Source of the DNA: Eledone cirrhosa
Lineage: Eukaryota
Assembly: GCA_964016885.1 (NCBI GenBank)
Contig: OZ024754.1
Coordinates: forward strand, 15,190,001 to 15,254,000
Length of the DNA: 64,000 nucleotides
Reading direction: 5' to 3'
Part shown: piece after piece, positions 51,399 to 64,000 of the stretch
How positions within the stretch are numbered: position 1 is the first letter of the stretch
Layout of the letters: each line of letters begins with the position of its first letter
The notes under the pieces: generated by a model
The model's input: the letters and a program-made list of their open reading frames with translations, nothing else
Told to the model about the DNA's origin: nothing
Databases searched by the model: none
Program-made: the position numbers and the translations under genes

Positions 51399-52161
51399 CC
51401 ACTTTTAATATATATATATAATACTCACATTCATATATATATATATACATACATATATATATATATATATATAATATCCACTTTTAATATATATATATAA
51501 TACTCACATTCATATATATATATATACATACATGTATATATATATATACATACATATATATATATATATATACATACATATATATATATATATATATAAT
51601 ATCCACTTTTAATATATATATATAATACTCACAATTCATATATATATATATACATATATAAATATATATATATACATACATATATATATATAATCGTTTC
51701 TACTTTAGGCACAAGGCCAGCAATTACCCAGTGCATTACTGGTACTTTATTTTATCGACCCCGTAAGGATGAATGGCAAAGTCAACCTCGGCGGGATTTG
51801 AACTCAGATCGTAAAGGGACGTAACTATGCTGGAAAGCATGGTGTCCAACCCTCTACCGATACTGCCAATTCACCGCCCATATATATATATTTTTTTAAT
51901 TTAAGATAAAGGAGATTGAAAACCTATCTCCAATCTATACATACCTCATGCATGCATAGATACAACAGAACTACCCACACGGCCACCTACAGAACGACTA
52001 TATATATATAATACTCACAATTCATATATATATATCTAAATACATATATATATATATATACATACATACATACATACATATATATATAATATCCACTTTT
52101 AATATATATATATAATACTCACAATTCATATATATATACATACATATATAAATATATATAT

Positions 52162-52242
<81 letters not shown>

Positions 52243-52311
52243 CCACTTTTAATATATATATATAATACTCACAATTCATATATATATACATACATATATA
52301 AATATATATAT

Positions 52312-52378
<67 letters not shown>

Positions 52379-52435
52379 CCACTTTTAATATATATATATA
52401 ATACTCACAATTCATATATATATACATACATACAT

Positions 52436-52440
<5 letters not shown>
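51220..52440. repeat. Compound ~80-130-bp tandem repeat with variable TA/CATA tracts
   Basis: Recurring aatatccacttttaa(ta)n atactcacaattca(ta)n, interrupted by a SINE. Confidence 0.85.
51692..51880 (-). mobile_element. tRNA-head SINE
   Basis: Full consensus including the 5' gggcggtgaattggcag head. Confidence 0.88.
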
Positions 52441-52492
<52 letters not shown>

Positions 52493-52542
52493 TATATTAT
52501 GTATTATATATATTATGTATATAAATACATTATATATATATC

Positions 52543-52574
<32 letters not shown>

Positions 52575-52634
52575 CATAATATATATTATATATACATATA
52601 ATATATATTATACATAAAATACAATAAAATATAT

Positions 52635-52688
<54 letters not shown>

Positions 52689-52957
52689 GAGAGAGGGGGA
52701 GAGGGAGGGAGATAGAGAAATATATATAATATATAAAGATAATATTGAAAAGATAAAAGAGAGCGACCTCTTTGTTAAGATTATTAAGCAATATTTCAAA
52801 ATTAACTTTTCTTATATTTTTTCCTTTTTCTTCTGTTTTCAATCTTTTATTCGCAATAATTTCAATGAGAATGTACAAGTGTATACATACACACACACAC
52901 ATACACACACATTCACACACACAAACACAAACACACACACACACACACAAATATATG

Positions 52958-53048
<91 letters not shown>

Positions 53049-53061
53049 ATACATATATTCA

Positions 53062-53098
<37 letters not shown>

Positions 53099-53112
53099 TT
53101 TATATATATATA

Positions 53113-53159
<47 letters not shown>

Positions 53160-53164
53160 ATGTG

Positions 53165-53196
<32 letters not shown>

Positions 53197-53388
53197 TTAG
53201 AATTGGAGCTATATATATATGTGTGTATGTATGTGTATATATATATATGTATATATATATTAGAATTGGAGCTATATATATATGTGTGTATGTGTATATA
53301 TATATATGTATATATATATATATTAGAATTGCAAAATACATTATATATACTTCCATATACATATGTATATATATATATATATATATAC

Positions 53389-53486
<98 letters not shown>

Positions 53487-53494
53487 TTCTGTGA

Positions 53495-53537
<43 letters not shown>

Positions 53538-53919
53538 TATATATATACATATATACATATATATATATGTGTATGTGTGTGTGTGTATGTGTGTCTGTGT
53601 GTGTGTGTATTGATTCTTCTTTTATAACGGTAACAATACCACCGTTGATGATATATAACTTCTATACAAATCTATACATTTGCCAGTTAGAAGAAAGCTG
53701 GATATATTCTCATATATCAGCCATACTATTTTATTGGAACCGTATCTTATGGACGATTGAGGAAATGGCCTTTTTTTGTTGTCAACGAGATTTAACTTAA
53801 AACATTATTGTTGTAAAAAAACACGTGACTAAATATTGAAATTCATCGTTTGCACTTTTAGCGATTTTGTAATCTTCCTTGCAACAAGAACAACAGCAAC
53901 AATAGTATTTTTGAAAATT

Positions 53920-54122
53920 ATTCCCTCTATGCAAGATGTGCAAAACATTGTTTTAATTGGTACTGCACACGTATTGAGAAGTGCACAATCTCTCTGAAAA
54001 TGATATTCAATGTGGTGTGTTAATTGGCTTACCAATGTATACAGTGGGTTTATTGCCCTAGGTGTCAGCAAGACGGCATATGATGGAAACAATACTGAAG
54101 GAAGAGGGAAAAACGATAATAA
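53920..54122 (+). mobile_element. R4/Dong-like LINE extreme 3' fragment
   Basis: + frame PSMQDVQNIVLIGTAHVLRSAQSL* resembles the LQKACLLGTA..LR end of 19056-19931. Ends in (AAT)n. Confidence 0.55.
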
Positions 54123-54124
54123 TA

Positions 54125-54308
54125 ATAATTGTTTCTACTTTTGGCACAAGGCCAGCAATTATGCCAGTACATTACTGGTACTTTATTTTATCGACCCCGT
54201 AAGGATGAAAGTCAAAATTTACCTCGGCGGGATCTGAGCTCAGATCGTAAAGGGTCGTAACTCTATGCTGGAAAGCATGGCGTTCGACCCTCTACCGATA
54301 CTGCCAAT
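54125..54308 (-). mobile_element. tRNA-head SINE
   Basis: Same SINE consensus. Confidence 0.85.
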
Positions 54309-54487
54309 AAGGAAATGGAGAAACTATCCATATTTAAAGATCTAGAGATAGAGATAACCCGAATGTGGGTGTTGGAGACTGAAGCGGCTAAAGGTTTTTG
54401 TGTCAGGAAAGAGCATCCGCCGCCCATGAAACATTGCCTCAAAAATTCCCGTGGAACCCATGCCAACATGAAAAATACGACTTAAAA

Positions 54488-55190
54488 ACGACGTCGTCGA
54501 CGACGATGATGATGATGACGATGATGATGATGATGATGATGTTGATGGTGATGATGATGATGGTGATGATGATGGTGATGATGGTGATGATGGTGATGAT
54601 GATGGTGATGATGGTGATGATGATGGTGATGATGGTGATGATGGTGATGATGGTGATGATGATGGTGATGGTGGTGATGATAATGATGACGATGATGATG
54701 ATGATGATGTTGATGGTGATGATGATGATGATGATGGCGATGATGATGGTGATGATGACGACGATGATGATGATGATGTTGATGGTGATGATGATGGTGA
54801 TGGTGGTGATGATGATGATGATGATGTTGATGGTGATGATGATGTGATAATGATGATGATGTGATAATGATGATGATGATGTTGACGGTGGTGATAATGA
54901 TGATGGTGATGATGATGATGATGATTATGATGATGATTATAATGATGATGATGGTGGTGATGATGATGATGGTGATTATAATGATGATGTTGGTGGTGAT
55001 GATGGTTATAATGATGATGATGATGGTGATGATGATGATGGTGATTATAATGATGATGTTGGTGGTGATGATGATGATGGTCATTATAATGATGATGTTG
55101 GTGGTGATGATGGTTATAATGATGATGATGGTGGTGATGATGATGATGGTGATTATAATGATAATGTTGATTGTGATGATGATGATGATG
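54488..55190. repeat. (GAT/GGT)n trinucleotide array
   Basis: Directly visible. Confidence 0.95.
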
Positions 55191-55529
55191 TCAGATTATT
55201 CTGTCACTCCAAAAATACATGCCATCTCTCACTTCTAAAACCAACCTACAGCTGTTTAATGTGTATGGACACTTTTAAAGACGCCATTTTCACCACTCAC
55301 GTAGAAACTAGTCTGTCATAAAATCCAAGATAAAAGCCTCTTTATACTCTCTCACCTGATCTAACTGTAGTAGTTGTAGAGGGAAACGCTTCCCAGTAGA
55401 CACGGTTCCGTCCAAACTTATTTAGACTGGCTTCATCACATATCATCTCCTTCATTAACAACAATAACCATTCTTCTGTGCTTAAACGAAGGCGATTAGT
55501 CGATCTTGTGTGGTGCGGCGTCGTCGTCG

Positions 55530-56060
55530 GTAAGGTGGTGGTGTTGGTGGTGCTTGGTGGTGGTGTTGGTAGTGGTGTTGGTGGTAGTGGTGGTGGTGAT
55601 GGTGATGGTGTCGGTGGTAATGGTGTTGGATGATGCATGGTGGTGGTGGCGGTGGTGGTGCGTGGTGATGTTGGTAGTGGTGGTGTTGGTAGTGGTGGTG
55701 TTGGTAGTGGTGGTGCGTGAGGGGCGTGTTGGTGGTGTTGGTGGTAGCGGTGGAGTGGGGTTGGGGGTGCTTGGTGGTTGTTGTGGGGGTGGTGGTTGTT
55801 GTGGTGGTGGTGGTGGTGGTGGTAGTGGTTGTTGTGGTGGTGGTGGTAGTGGTGGTGGTAGTAGTGGTTGTTGTTGTGGTGGTGGTGGTGGTAGTGGTGG
55901 TGGTAGTGGTGGTGGTAGTAGTGGTTGTTGTTGTTGTGGTGGTGGTGGTGGTGGTAGTGGTGGTGGTAGTGGTGGTTGTTGTGGTGGTGGTGGTAGTGGT
56001 GGTGGTAGTGTTGGTTGTTGTGGTGGTGGTGGTTGTTGTGGTAGTAGTGGTGGTGATGGA
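55530..56060. repeat. (GGT/GTT/AGT)n trinucleotide array
   Basis: Directly visible. Confidence 0.9.
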
Positions 56061-56445
56061 GATGAGTGCGGGACGGAGGATGATGAGGAAAGGAGAGTGG
56101 GTGGTTTACTTGTTTTATTAGGAGTAAGTAGAACGATGAAGGAAGGTGGGAATGGCTGACATTACAACGAGGGTGTGTATGAATTAATTCAGATCGGCTA
56201 ATTACAAATAGCTAAAATAAAACTAAAAAAGAAATAAACTCGAGAGGAAACCATTGTGAAGCCAATAAATTATAGCAGGTGGTATATTATCTTTTTAAAT
56301 ACAAGAGATTATATTAACAACACATTAAAATTGTCAATAGTAAAGAATAATAAAGAAGAGTAGTGGGATTTAATATTTAGAATTAAAAACTTTAAATTGT
56401 TTAGTGGGATTATGTGGAGTAGGGTAGACGGAAAATATGATAAAA

Positions 56446-56635
56446 ATAATTGTTTCTACTTTTTTGGCACAAGGCCAGCGATTCACCAGTGTATTACTGG
56501 TACTTTATTTCATCGATCCCGTAAGGATGAATGACAAAGTTAACCTCGGCGGGATTTGAACTCAGAATGGCAAGGGCCGTAACTCTACGCGTCAAAGCAT
56601 GACGTCCGACCCTCTACCGATACTGCTAATCCATC
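56446..56635 (-). mobile_element. tRNA-head SINE
   Basis: Same SINE consensus. Confidence 0.85.
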
Positions 56636-56818
56636 GCATATTCTACATAATCCATCACATATTCTACATAATCCACCACATATTCTACATAATCCACCAC
56701 ATATTCTACATAATCCACCACATATTCTACATAATCCACCACATATTCTACATAATCCACCACATATTCTACATAATCCACCACATATTCTACATAATCC
56801 ACCACATATTCTACATAA
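56629..56818. repeat. 21-bp minisatellite x9
   Basis: Unit ATCCACCACATATTCTACATA, beginning at the SINE 5' junction. Confidence 0.95.
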
Positions 56819-56901
56819 TGAAAGACACTGAGACCCATAGCACCCAATCATAACAGATATATTTCTTCAACAGACAAATATGATAATAATAATGATAAAA
56901 T

Positions 56902-56991
<90 letters not shown>

Positions 56992-57088
56992 ATACTTGGG
57001 GAGGGTCATATTTGTGTAATAACCTCGCAAAACTAATTCATCGCCGTTATATATATATATGTATGTATGCATGTATGTATGTATATGC

Positions 57089-57152
<64 letters not shown>

Positions 57153-57189
57153 GAAGAATGGCGTGCTGCGTTGTTGCGAACATGAACAT

Positions 57190-57487
57190 ATGAATAGAAA
57201 TAGACCAAGAGATAAAATGCCCTCATCAGTAGTCTGCTGATTATCGTTGGTATTTCGACGCATTAAAAACTAGATACCTAAAATCAGTGCGAGCGATAAC
57301 TCAATTAAGTTATCGGGACAGTGGGAACACAGAGGGAAGGAAACTCCCTCTGTTTTCCCAGTGTCCCGATAACTTAATTGAGTTATCGCTCGCACTGATT
57401 TTAGGTATCTAGTTTTTAATGCGTCGAAATACCAACGATAATCAGCAGACTACTGATGAGGGCATTTTATCTCTTGGTCTATTTTTA

Positions 57488-57492
<5 letters not shown>
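57190..57492. repeat. ~300-bp near-perfect hairpin (fold-back insertion)
   Basis: ~145-bp inverted arms around GAAGGAAACT. The arm carries CTGATGAgggc and ends ttattc(AT)n. Confidence 0.85.
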
Positions 57493-57559
<67 letters not shown>

Positions 57560-57601
57560 CATATCTCTCTCCCTATATATATATACACACAAACACACAC
57601 G

Positions 57602-57735
<134 letters not shown>

Positions 57736-57805
57736 TAGATAGATAGATGGATACATAGATCTGTCTCTCTCTCTCTCACTCTGTCTCTCTCTCTCTCTCT
57801 CTCTC

Positions 57806-57847
<42 letters not shown>

Positions 57848-59334
57848 TCTCTCTCTTGCGCGCGTGCCCACGTTCGTTACTCGAGACACTTCGTCGCCTG
57901 AGATGGTTTTATGTTCGGAAAAACTGTTCATGACGTGAACTGATTTCTTCGTGAACCGAGGTTCCACAGCATACATATTCATTAGAGAAACTGAACTGAA
58001 ATTCCTTTAGAAAAGACAACTATAGAGATAAACAGATAATGCCAGTCAATTAAATGGAAGTAAGAGAATTAAATGCAACACAGACATACTCTGGAGGATT
58101 AACACCATAGAGCTAAGTACACAAATTAAAAGAAATGTTTAGAAATATAAAAGACACTAGATTATGTCTATTATAGTTAAAATAATATGCATTAATATTT
58201 CGGCTGTTTCATTAACAATGAATATTTATCATGTTTATATCGTTCTCAACATGAAGCCTAGAAAATTAGCCGACCAGACAGAAAAAAAGTGCTGAGTACT
58301 TTAATATAAAACATACAGAAATGTTAAAAACAAAGAAATACTATATTTATCACAAATACTAAATATATAACTAATCAACTACTGGAGAACTAGAAGTCAC
58401 AAGAATTCTGACTGTCAAAACTTATCTGAAAGGAAATCCTGATGCGAACATTACAAAGTTTCAACTTTCGTATTAAAGAAATTATTCTACAGCATTATTT
58501 GATACTCACAGAAGAAGAAAGATAGTGCAGAAATCAGAAACTGAACACAAAATATCCGAGAGAATGACAGAATATCTATGGCAGGTTATGGTATGGTCTT
58601 GTAACTCCTGCTGGAATCGCAAAGGCGCCGTATTGATATTCAGCGTTTATTGAGCATTTTATGCCTGACGGAGTGTATCCTTTTCCAGGCCTGAGGACTA
58701 CAGTAGAGAAAGATAGAAAATGAGAGAAAGTGAGAAAGGTATATAAAGAAAGAATTCATTCCAGTACTAGACTCAAATGGATGATAAGCAAAGTTGACCT
58801 CGGCGAGATTTGAACTCAGAGAGCAGAGAGTCGGATTTTTAAAGCCCGCGTGGCTACGTCTTTAGAATTTAAATTCCAAATAGGAGTACTCGGGACATAG
58901 ACAATGGAAAAAACTAACAGCGGTAAGACGGACAGTCCTAGCTACCCAGTCAACCTCTGGAAATCACTAAGGTTTCGGTATATTAAGATCGATACTATTC
59001 ATTACAGTGCACATAAGAAAACAGGTAAATACAAGTTATGGCTTTAGGCCAATTACACAAATATAGACTGTGGAAGGGCTTAACTAAAGGAGAATAATAT
59101 AGAAAGGAGAGAAATAGTAAAACAGAAGAGAATAAGGACTGTTGTCCAACATGCAGACAAGGAAGGACACTGAGGTGTAGACAAGGTAAGAAGGCAGAAT
59201 AGGGGTAAACAGGCCGGGCAGTGTGGTGTCTATTATATGATAGTTTTTAAAAAAAGCTTGCATTGCTAAATCTTTAGAATCTAAAGACAATATATATATA
59301 TAGAGAGAGAGAGAGAGGGAGAGAGAAAGAGAGA

Positions 59335-59399
<65 letters not shown>

Positions 59400-59405
<6 letters not shown>

Positions 59406-62400
59406 AATCGAAAATGCAACTGGAGTCTTATTTAAAAATATATATATATATATATATATTTGGTTCCTTTACCGGTTTCGCAGTTCTTCTGCTTTTCAAA
59501 AGTAGAGTTGAGGTGGAGGGTCTGTGGTTTTTCTCACATCTGGTTGGTCTTAGGATTTTACTTGTTTTATATGGAAAAAGTGGCTCGCAACGCCAGCTTT
59601 TTAGAGAAGTAATTTGATTGGTTGGTCAATAAGTATAATAAATTTCGCGCCAGTTCGCGTTACAAAGTTCTTCAAACAAGGGGGGGGGGGGCTCATATAT
59701 GAGTGAAGTTTCGTTGGTTGATGCAGTCACGTGAATAAGCACATCAGCTTTCGCGCCAGTTTGTTTGAATTTCTTTTTACTTCAAAAAAGGGGCCCACGA
59801 AGGCTTTTTTTTTTTATAAATGTAATTTGATTTGTTATAAATGAAATTATGGCTGTCACGTGAACAAGTTCATTAAATTTAGCGCCCGTATTTGGGAATT
59901 TACTTTGTAGCCTTTTAGAGAATTTTATGACAAACAAAAGATAATGGTCAAGAGAAATGGGATGGTAGAATTGTTCTGGTTCAGTGAATATGACTGGTTC
60001 CCTGGGGTGTCAGAATTCAGACTTTCTATTGAAATAAAGAAAGTAGAGATATGTATCTTTATTTGTGTGCTTGTGTGTGTGTGTGTATAGGAAGATGATT
60101 CTATTAGTAGAAATGGGGGAGGGAGTTGTGTGTATGTTTATATGGGTGTTATGTGTGTGGGGGGAGTATATTAAGATGGAGAGAATATATTTTGTGTGTG
60201 TATGTTTGTAGGAAAGTGAATCTATTAGTAGAAATGGGGGAGGGAGTTGTGTGTGTGGGGGGGGGGGGTATGTGTGTGTGTGTATGGGTGTTATGTGTGT
60301 ATGGTTAGCATATTAAGATAAAGAGAATATATATTTTGTGTGTGTATGTGTGTAGGAAAATGATTCCGTTAGTAGAAATATTTTTGAATGAACATATTTT
60401 CCTTATTTATTCGTATTTGTTCTGTTGTATTATCAGCGCAAACGTATGTTAAGGTTTATTTAGTTCGGGTTTTTATTTTCTAAAGTAGGTGTTATGTGTG
60501 TGTGTGTGTGTGTCTGTTTGGATGGTTAGCATGTTATGGTGTTGACATAATGTATATTAAACCATATTTAATGCAGGTCTATATTTTTGAATAAACTTTT
60601 TTTCCTTATTTATTCGTATTTGTTCTGTTGTATTATCAGCGCAAACGTATGTTAAGGTTTATTTAGTTCGGGTTTTCATTGTCTAAAGTAGAAGGTGTTA
60701 TGTGTGTGTGTGTGTGTGTGTGTGTGTCTGTTTGGATGGTTAGCATGTTATGGTGTTGACATAATGTATATTAAACCATATTTAATGCAGGTCTATATTT
60801 TTGAATAAACATATTTTTTTTATTTATTCGTATTTGTTCTGTTGTATTATCAGCGCAAACGTATGTTAAGGTTTATTTAGTTCGGGTTTTCATTGTCTAA
60901 AGTAGAAGGTGTTATGTGTGTGTGTGTGTGTGTCTGTCTGTTTGGATGGATGGTTAGCATGTTATGGTGTTGACATAATGTATATTAAACCATATTTAAT
61001 GCAGGTCTATATTTTTGAATAAACATATTTTTCTTATTTATTCGTATTTGTTCTGTGGTATTGTCAGCGCAAAGGTAAAATGGGAAGACTTGGAATTTGG
61101 GTGTCTTATTACTTGCGCATATGTCTAGATGTGAGCTTAGTGGTATCTGTCTCGTGGTTGAATCTCGTAATTGTTGGCGATGGACTGTCATTCTGTTTCT
61201 GAGTGTGAGTTTAGTTTGTCCTATATAATCTTCATTGCATCCTTTACATTTAATGGCATAAACTAGATTTTTTGATGAACAAGTGAAGTGATTTTTTACA
61301 GCAAAATTTTTTCCTGATTGAAATATATACGTGTTGCCTTCAATGAGGTGAGTGCAGGTTCCACAATTAGAGCGACCACGTATTTTGACAGTTGGTTGTG
61401 GGTTTGTGGTAGGTAATTTGGCATTGGTGAGTAATGTTTTCAGTGATTTCGGTTGTCTTTTGCTTTTGATTATTTTGTGTGTTTCAAGAGCTTTTTTCAT
61501 TCTTGGGTCTTGTTTCAATAGTGTTGTAAGCTTCCGCATTTCTTGGGTTCTGTGTTGAGATATATAATAGAATATTGGACGTAAATTGAATTTGTTTGTT
61601 TTCGTAATTCATCAATGCCTATTCCTTTAGCCCTTTCTATTCCATTATTTATTAGTAATGGTGGGTACTGTCTTTCGAGTAGAATTTCCTTTAATTCTTC
61701 TTTCGTGTTTCATAATTGGAGACAATTGTGCAAATTCTTCTTGCAAATTCTTGTGTGCAAATTCTTGTGTGCAAATTCTTCGTGTATTTTGGATGGTTGG
61801 AGGTGAATAGCAGGTATTGTTTGGAATCTGTTGGTTTGTAGTGTATGTCAGTTTCAATATTTGTGTCTTTTTTTAAGATTAAGGTGTCCAGAAATGGGAG
61901 TTGATCTTGGCTGTATTCCATTGTGAATTGGATGTGGTTATTGATGCCGTTAATTACATTTTTGAAATCATTCAGCTGGTCGAGTGTGTGGGACCAAAGA
62001 ATGAGACAATCATCCAAGTAGCGTTTCCAATTCTCTGATAAATATTTGTGGAAGTTCAATCCGTATTTTGATTTGGACTGTTCATATATCTGGACTTCTA
62101 AGTATGTCATGACTAAGTTGGCATAAGTTGGAGCGGCTTTTGTAAAAGCTTCATCACCGAGGGATTAAAATTTATCTTACAGAACAAGTTTTTGATTTCG
62201 ATGGCAGTACTTACAAGCAAATATCGGGGACTGCGATGGGTACAAAAGCCGCTCCAACTTAGGCCAATTCACTGAACCAGAACAATTCTACCATCCTATT
62301 TCTCTTGACCATTATCTTTTGTTTGTCATAAAATTCTCTAAAAGGCTACAAAATAAATTCCAAAATACGGGCGCGAAATTTAATGAACTTGTTCACGTGA

Positions 62401-62957
62401 CTGCAATAATTTCATTTATAACAAATCAAATTACATTTATAAAAAAAAAAAAGCCTTCGTGAGCCCCTTTTTTGAAGTAAAAAGAAATTCAAACAAACTG
62501 GCGCGAAAGCTGATGTGCATATTCACGTGACTGCATCAACCAACCAAACTTCACTCATATATGAAAAAAACAACCTGAGCCCCCCCCCCCCCCCCCCCCC
62601 GCCCCTTGTTTGAAGAACTTTGTAACGCGAACTGGCGCGAAATTTATTATACTTATTGACCAACTAATCAAATTACTTCTCTAAAAACCTGGCGTTTCAA
62701 GCCACTTTTTTCCATATAAAACAAGTAACATTCTAAGACCAACCAGATGTGAGAAAAACCACAGACCCTCCACCTCAACTTTACTTTTGAAAAGCAGAAG
62801 AACTGCGAAATCGGTAAAGGAATCAAATATATATATATATATATATATATTTTAAATAAGACTCCAGTTGCATTTTCGATTTCATCTTTTTTTCTTTATA
62901 CTTTCACTCGTGTAGGACACCTCGGTTATTTTTCATTTTATTAAAAAACCTCACTTT
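59400..62957 (-). mobile_element. Neptune-like Penelope element, 5'-truncated and degenerate, with ~600-bp inverted pLTRs
   Basis: ORFs 61691-62110 (WKRYLDDC, LPFLD, HYKPTD, SNHP) and 60985-61539 (GRSNCGTC, NLVYAIKCKGC..YIGQT..RMTVH). Arms ~59400-59988 and ~62267-62888. U3-A8 HHR at 59466-59503 (-) and 62784-62820 (+). Confidence 0.88.
60378..61073. repeat. ~200-bp tandem amplification (3-4 units) of the PLE ORF end and 3' UTR
   Basis: atatttttgaat..tatttattcgtatttgttctg..atcagcgcaaa recurs at ~60378, 60581, 60795 and 61009. Confidence 0.85.
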
Positions 62958-63084
62958 ATATAATCATATCTTATTTTGTTTGACCTGTTTAGCTTGTTCG
63001 CTTTTTTGGCTAAGGTGGTTAATGGCTTCTTAACCATCGTCTCAGTGTGTATGACCATTTTAACTTATGTTTATAGCTCTGGTA

Positions 63085-64000
63085 TCCTCATATCCATAGT
63101 CTGATGACTTCGCTCCTGATGTGCTCTCTCAACGAGATTCCTAGCATTGATCTCTCCATGGCTCTTTGAGCCGTTACAAACCTATGCTCTTCTCTCTTCG
63201 TTGTAGCCCAGGTTTCACTGCCATATAACATTGCAGGTAAAACTGTGCTATTGAAGAGGTTGGCGCGGGTTGTCTTGTCCAACCCCCCCTTGAGCACATC
63301 CCTTATGTCGTTGAACACCTTCCATCCGGCCCCTACTCTCCGCGAGATCTCCCTCTCAATGTCTCGGCGCATGTTCACTTCTTGTCCTAGGTAGGCGTAT
63401 TCCTCCACCTCGTCTATTTCATCACCGCCAACCACCATTCGACCTGTTGGTACGTTGTCGGACCGCATGAACTTCGTTTTCATGCGGTTCATCTTTAGGC
63501 CTACTGCAGAGCTTTTGATGTCGAGGTCCGTCAGCATGGTCTGAAGCTGATCCGTGGTTTCAGTGATGAGTACGATGTCATCAGCGAAACGGAGGTAGGT
63601 AAGTATCTTGCCGTTGGTGCTGACACCGCCTTGCCAGTCAATGCCTCTGATAATCTGCTCGAGACAGGCGGTGAAAAGTTTTGGAGAGATCGCATCTCCT
63701 TGATTCACTCCCTTCTCGACCGGCACTCGTACGGGTGATGACATCAGAGCTATGTCCGTGGTGAATCCGGAATTCGCTCGCCGAACAGTTGAACGTATTG
63801 CGCCTCGACTCCTTGCCTCTGCAGCGAGTTCAGCACTGCCTTGATTTCGACGCCGTCGAAAGCCTTCTCGTAGTCTACGAACGCGACGCAAAGAGGCATC
63901 TTCTACTCTTTCGCTCGCTCAAGCAGTTGTGTTAGAGTATATATGTGGTCCATCGTGCTGTAGTTCTTCCGGAAGCCGGCTTGCTCTCTCGGTTGCTGTT
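63085..64000 (-). mobile_element. RTE-clade LINE RT fragment (runs off the window)
   Basis: QQPREQAGFRK..ST.DHI, FVDYEKAFD, KGVNQGDAISPKLF, LRFADDIVL, GLKMN..KTK, YLGQ, LPAMLYGSETW. Internal deletion and frameshift. Confidence 0.9.

Noticed and set aside
54398-55238. Met-rich (reflectin-like) or His-rich (beak-protein-like) ORFs
   Set aside because: This is a pure GAT/GGT microsatellite lacking reflectin M/F-D-X5 Tyr/Arg motifs and GHG repeats.
55342-55510. Possible upstream exon of the GPCR (ends TCAG|GTGAGA on minus strand)
   Set aside because: It has no recognisable protein similarity or acceptor, so there is not enough support without transcripts.
55506-56159. Gly/Cys-rich structural protein ORF
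   Set aside because: It is explained by GGT/GTT triplet repeats, with no ATG, signal peptide or splice support.

Overview
AT-rich, microsatellite-saturated animal genomic DNA. The dominant tRNA-head SINE and overall repeat style suggest an octopod cephalopod (inference). There is no prokaryotic content, rRNA or CRISPR. One probable host exon encodes a Cys-rich secretin/calcitonin-receptor-like (class B GPCR) extracellular domain (~49.36-49.79 kb, minus strand). Most of the rest is retroelement-derived: a near-intact full-length Tx1/L1-clade LINE in (GATA)n, truncated Tx1 copies in (AAT)n, R4/Dong-like restriction-endonuclease LINE fragments in (TAA)n and (CATA)n, RTE fragments, and Penelope-like elements (PLEs) of three types, two with long inverted terminal repeats. 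Also present are about 13 SINEs, hAT and Kolobok-like MITEs, a Helitron fragment and minisatellites. The main hidden signal is a dense set of hammerhead ribozyme (HHR) motifs read by eye. These include a ~430-bp non-coding tandem family with a minimal HHR plus a conserved ATGCAAAT octamer (candidate retrozyme/circRNA system), U3-A8 core-variant HHRs and a core-insertion variant. Many fold-back hairpin insertions sit in (TA)n tracts. All alignments and folds were done by eye, so coordinates may be off by a few bases.
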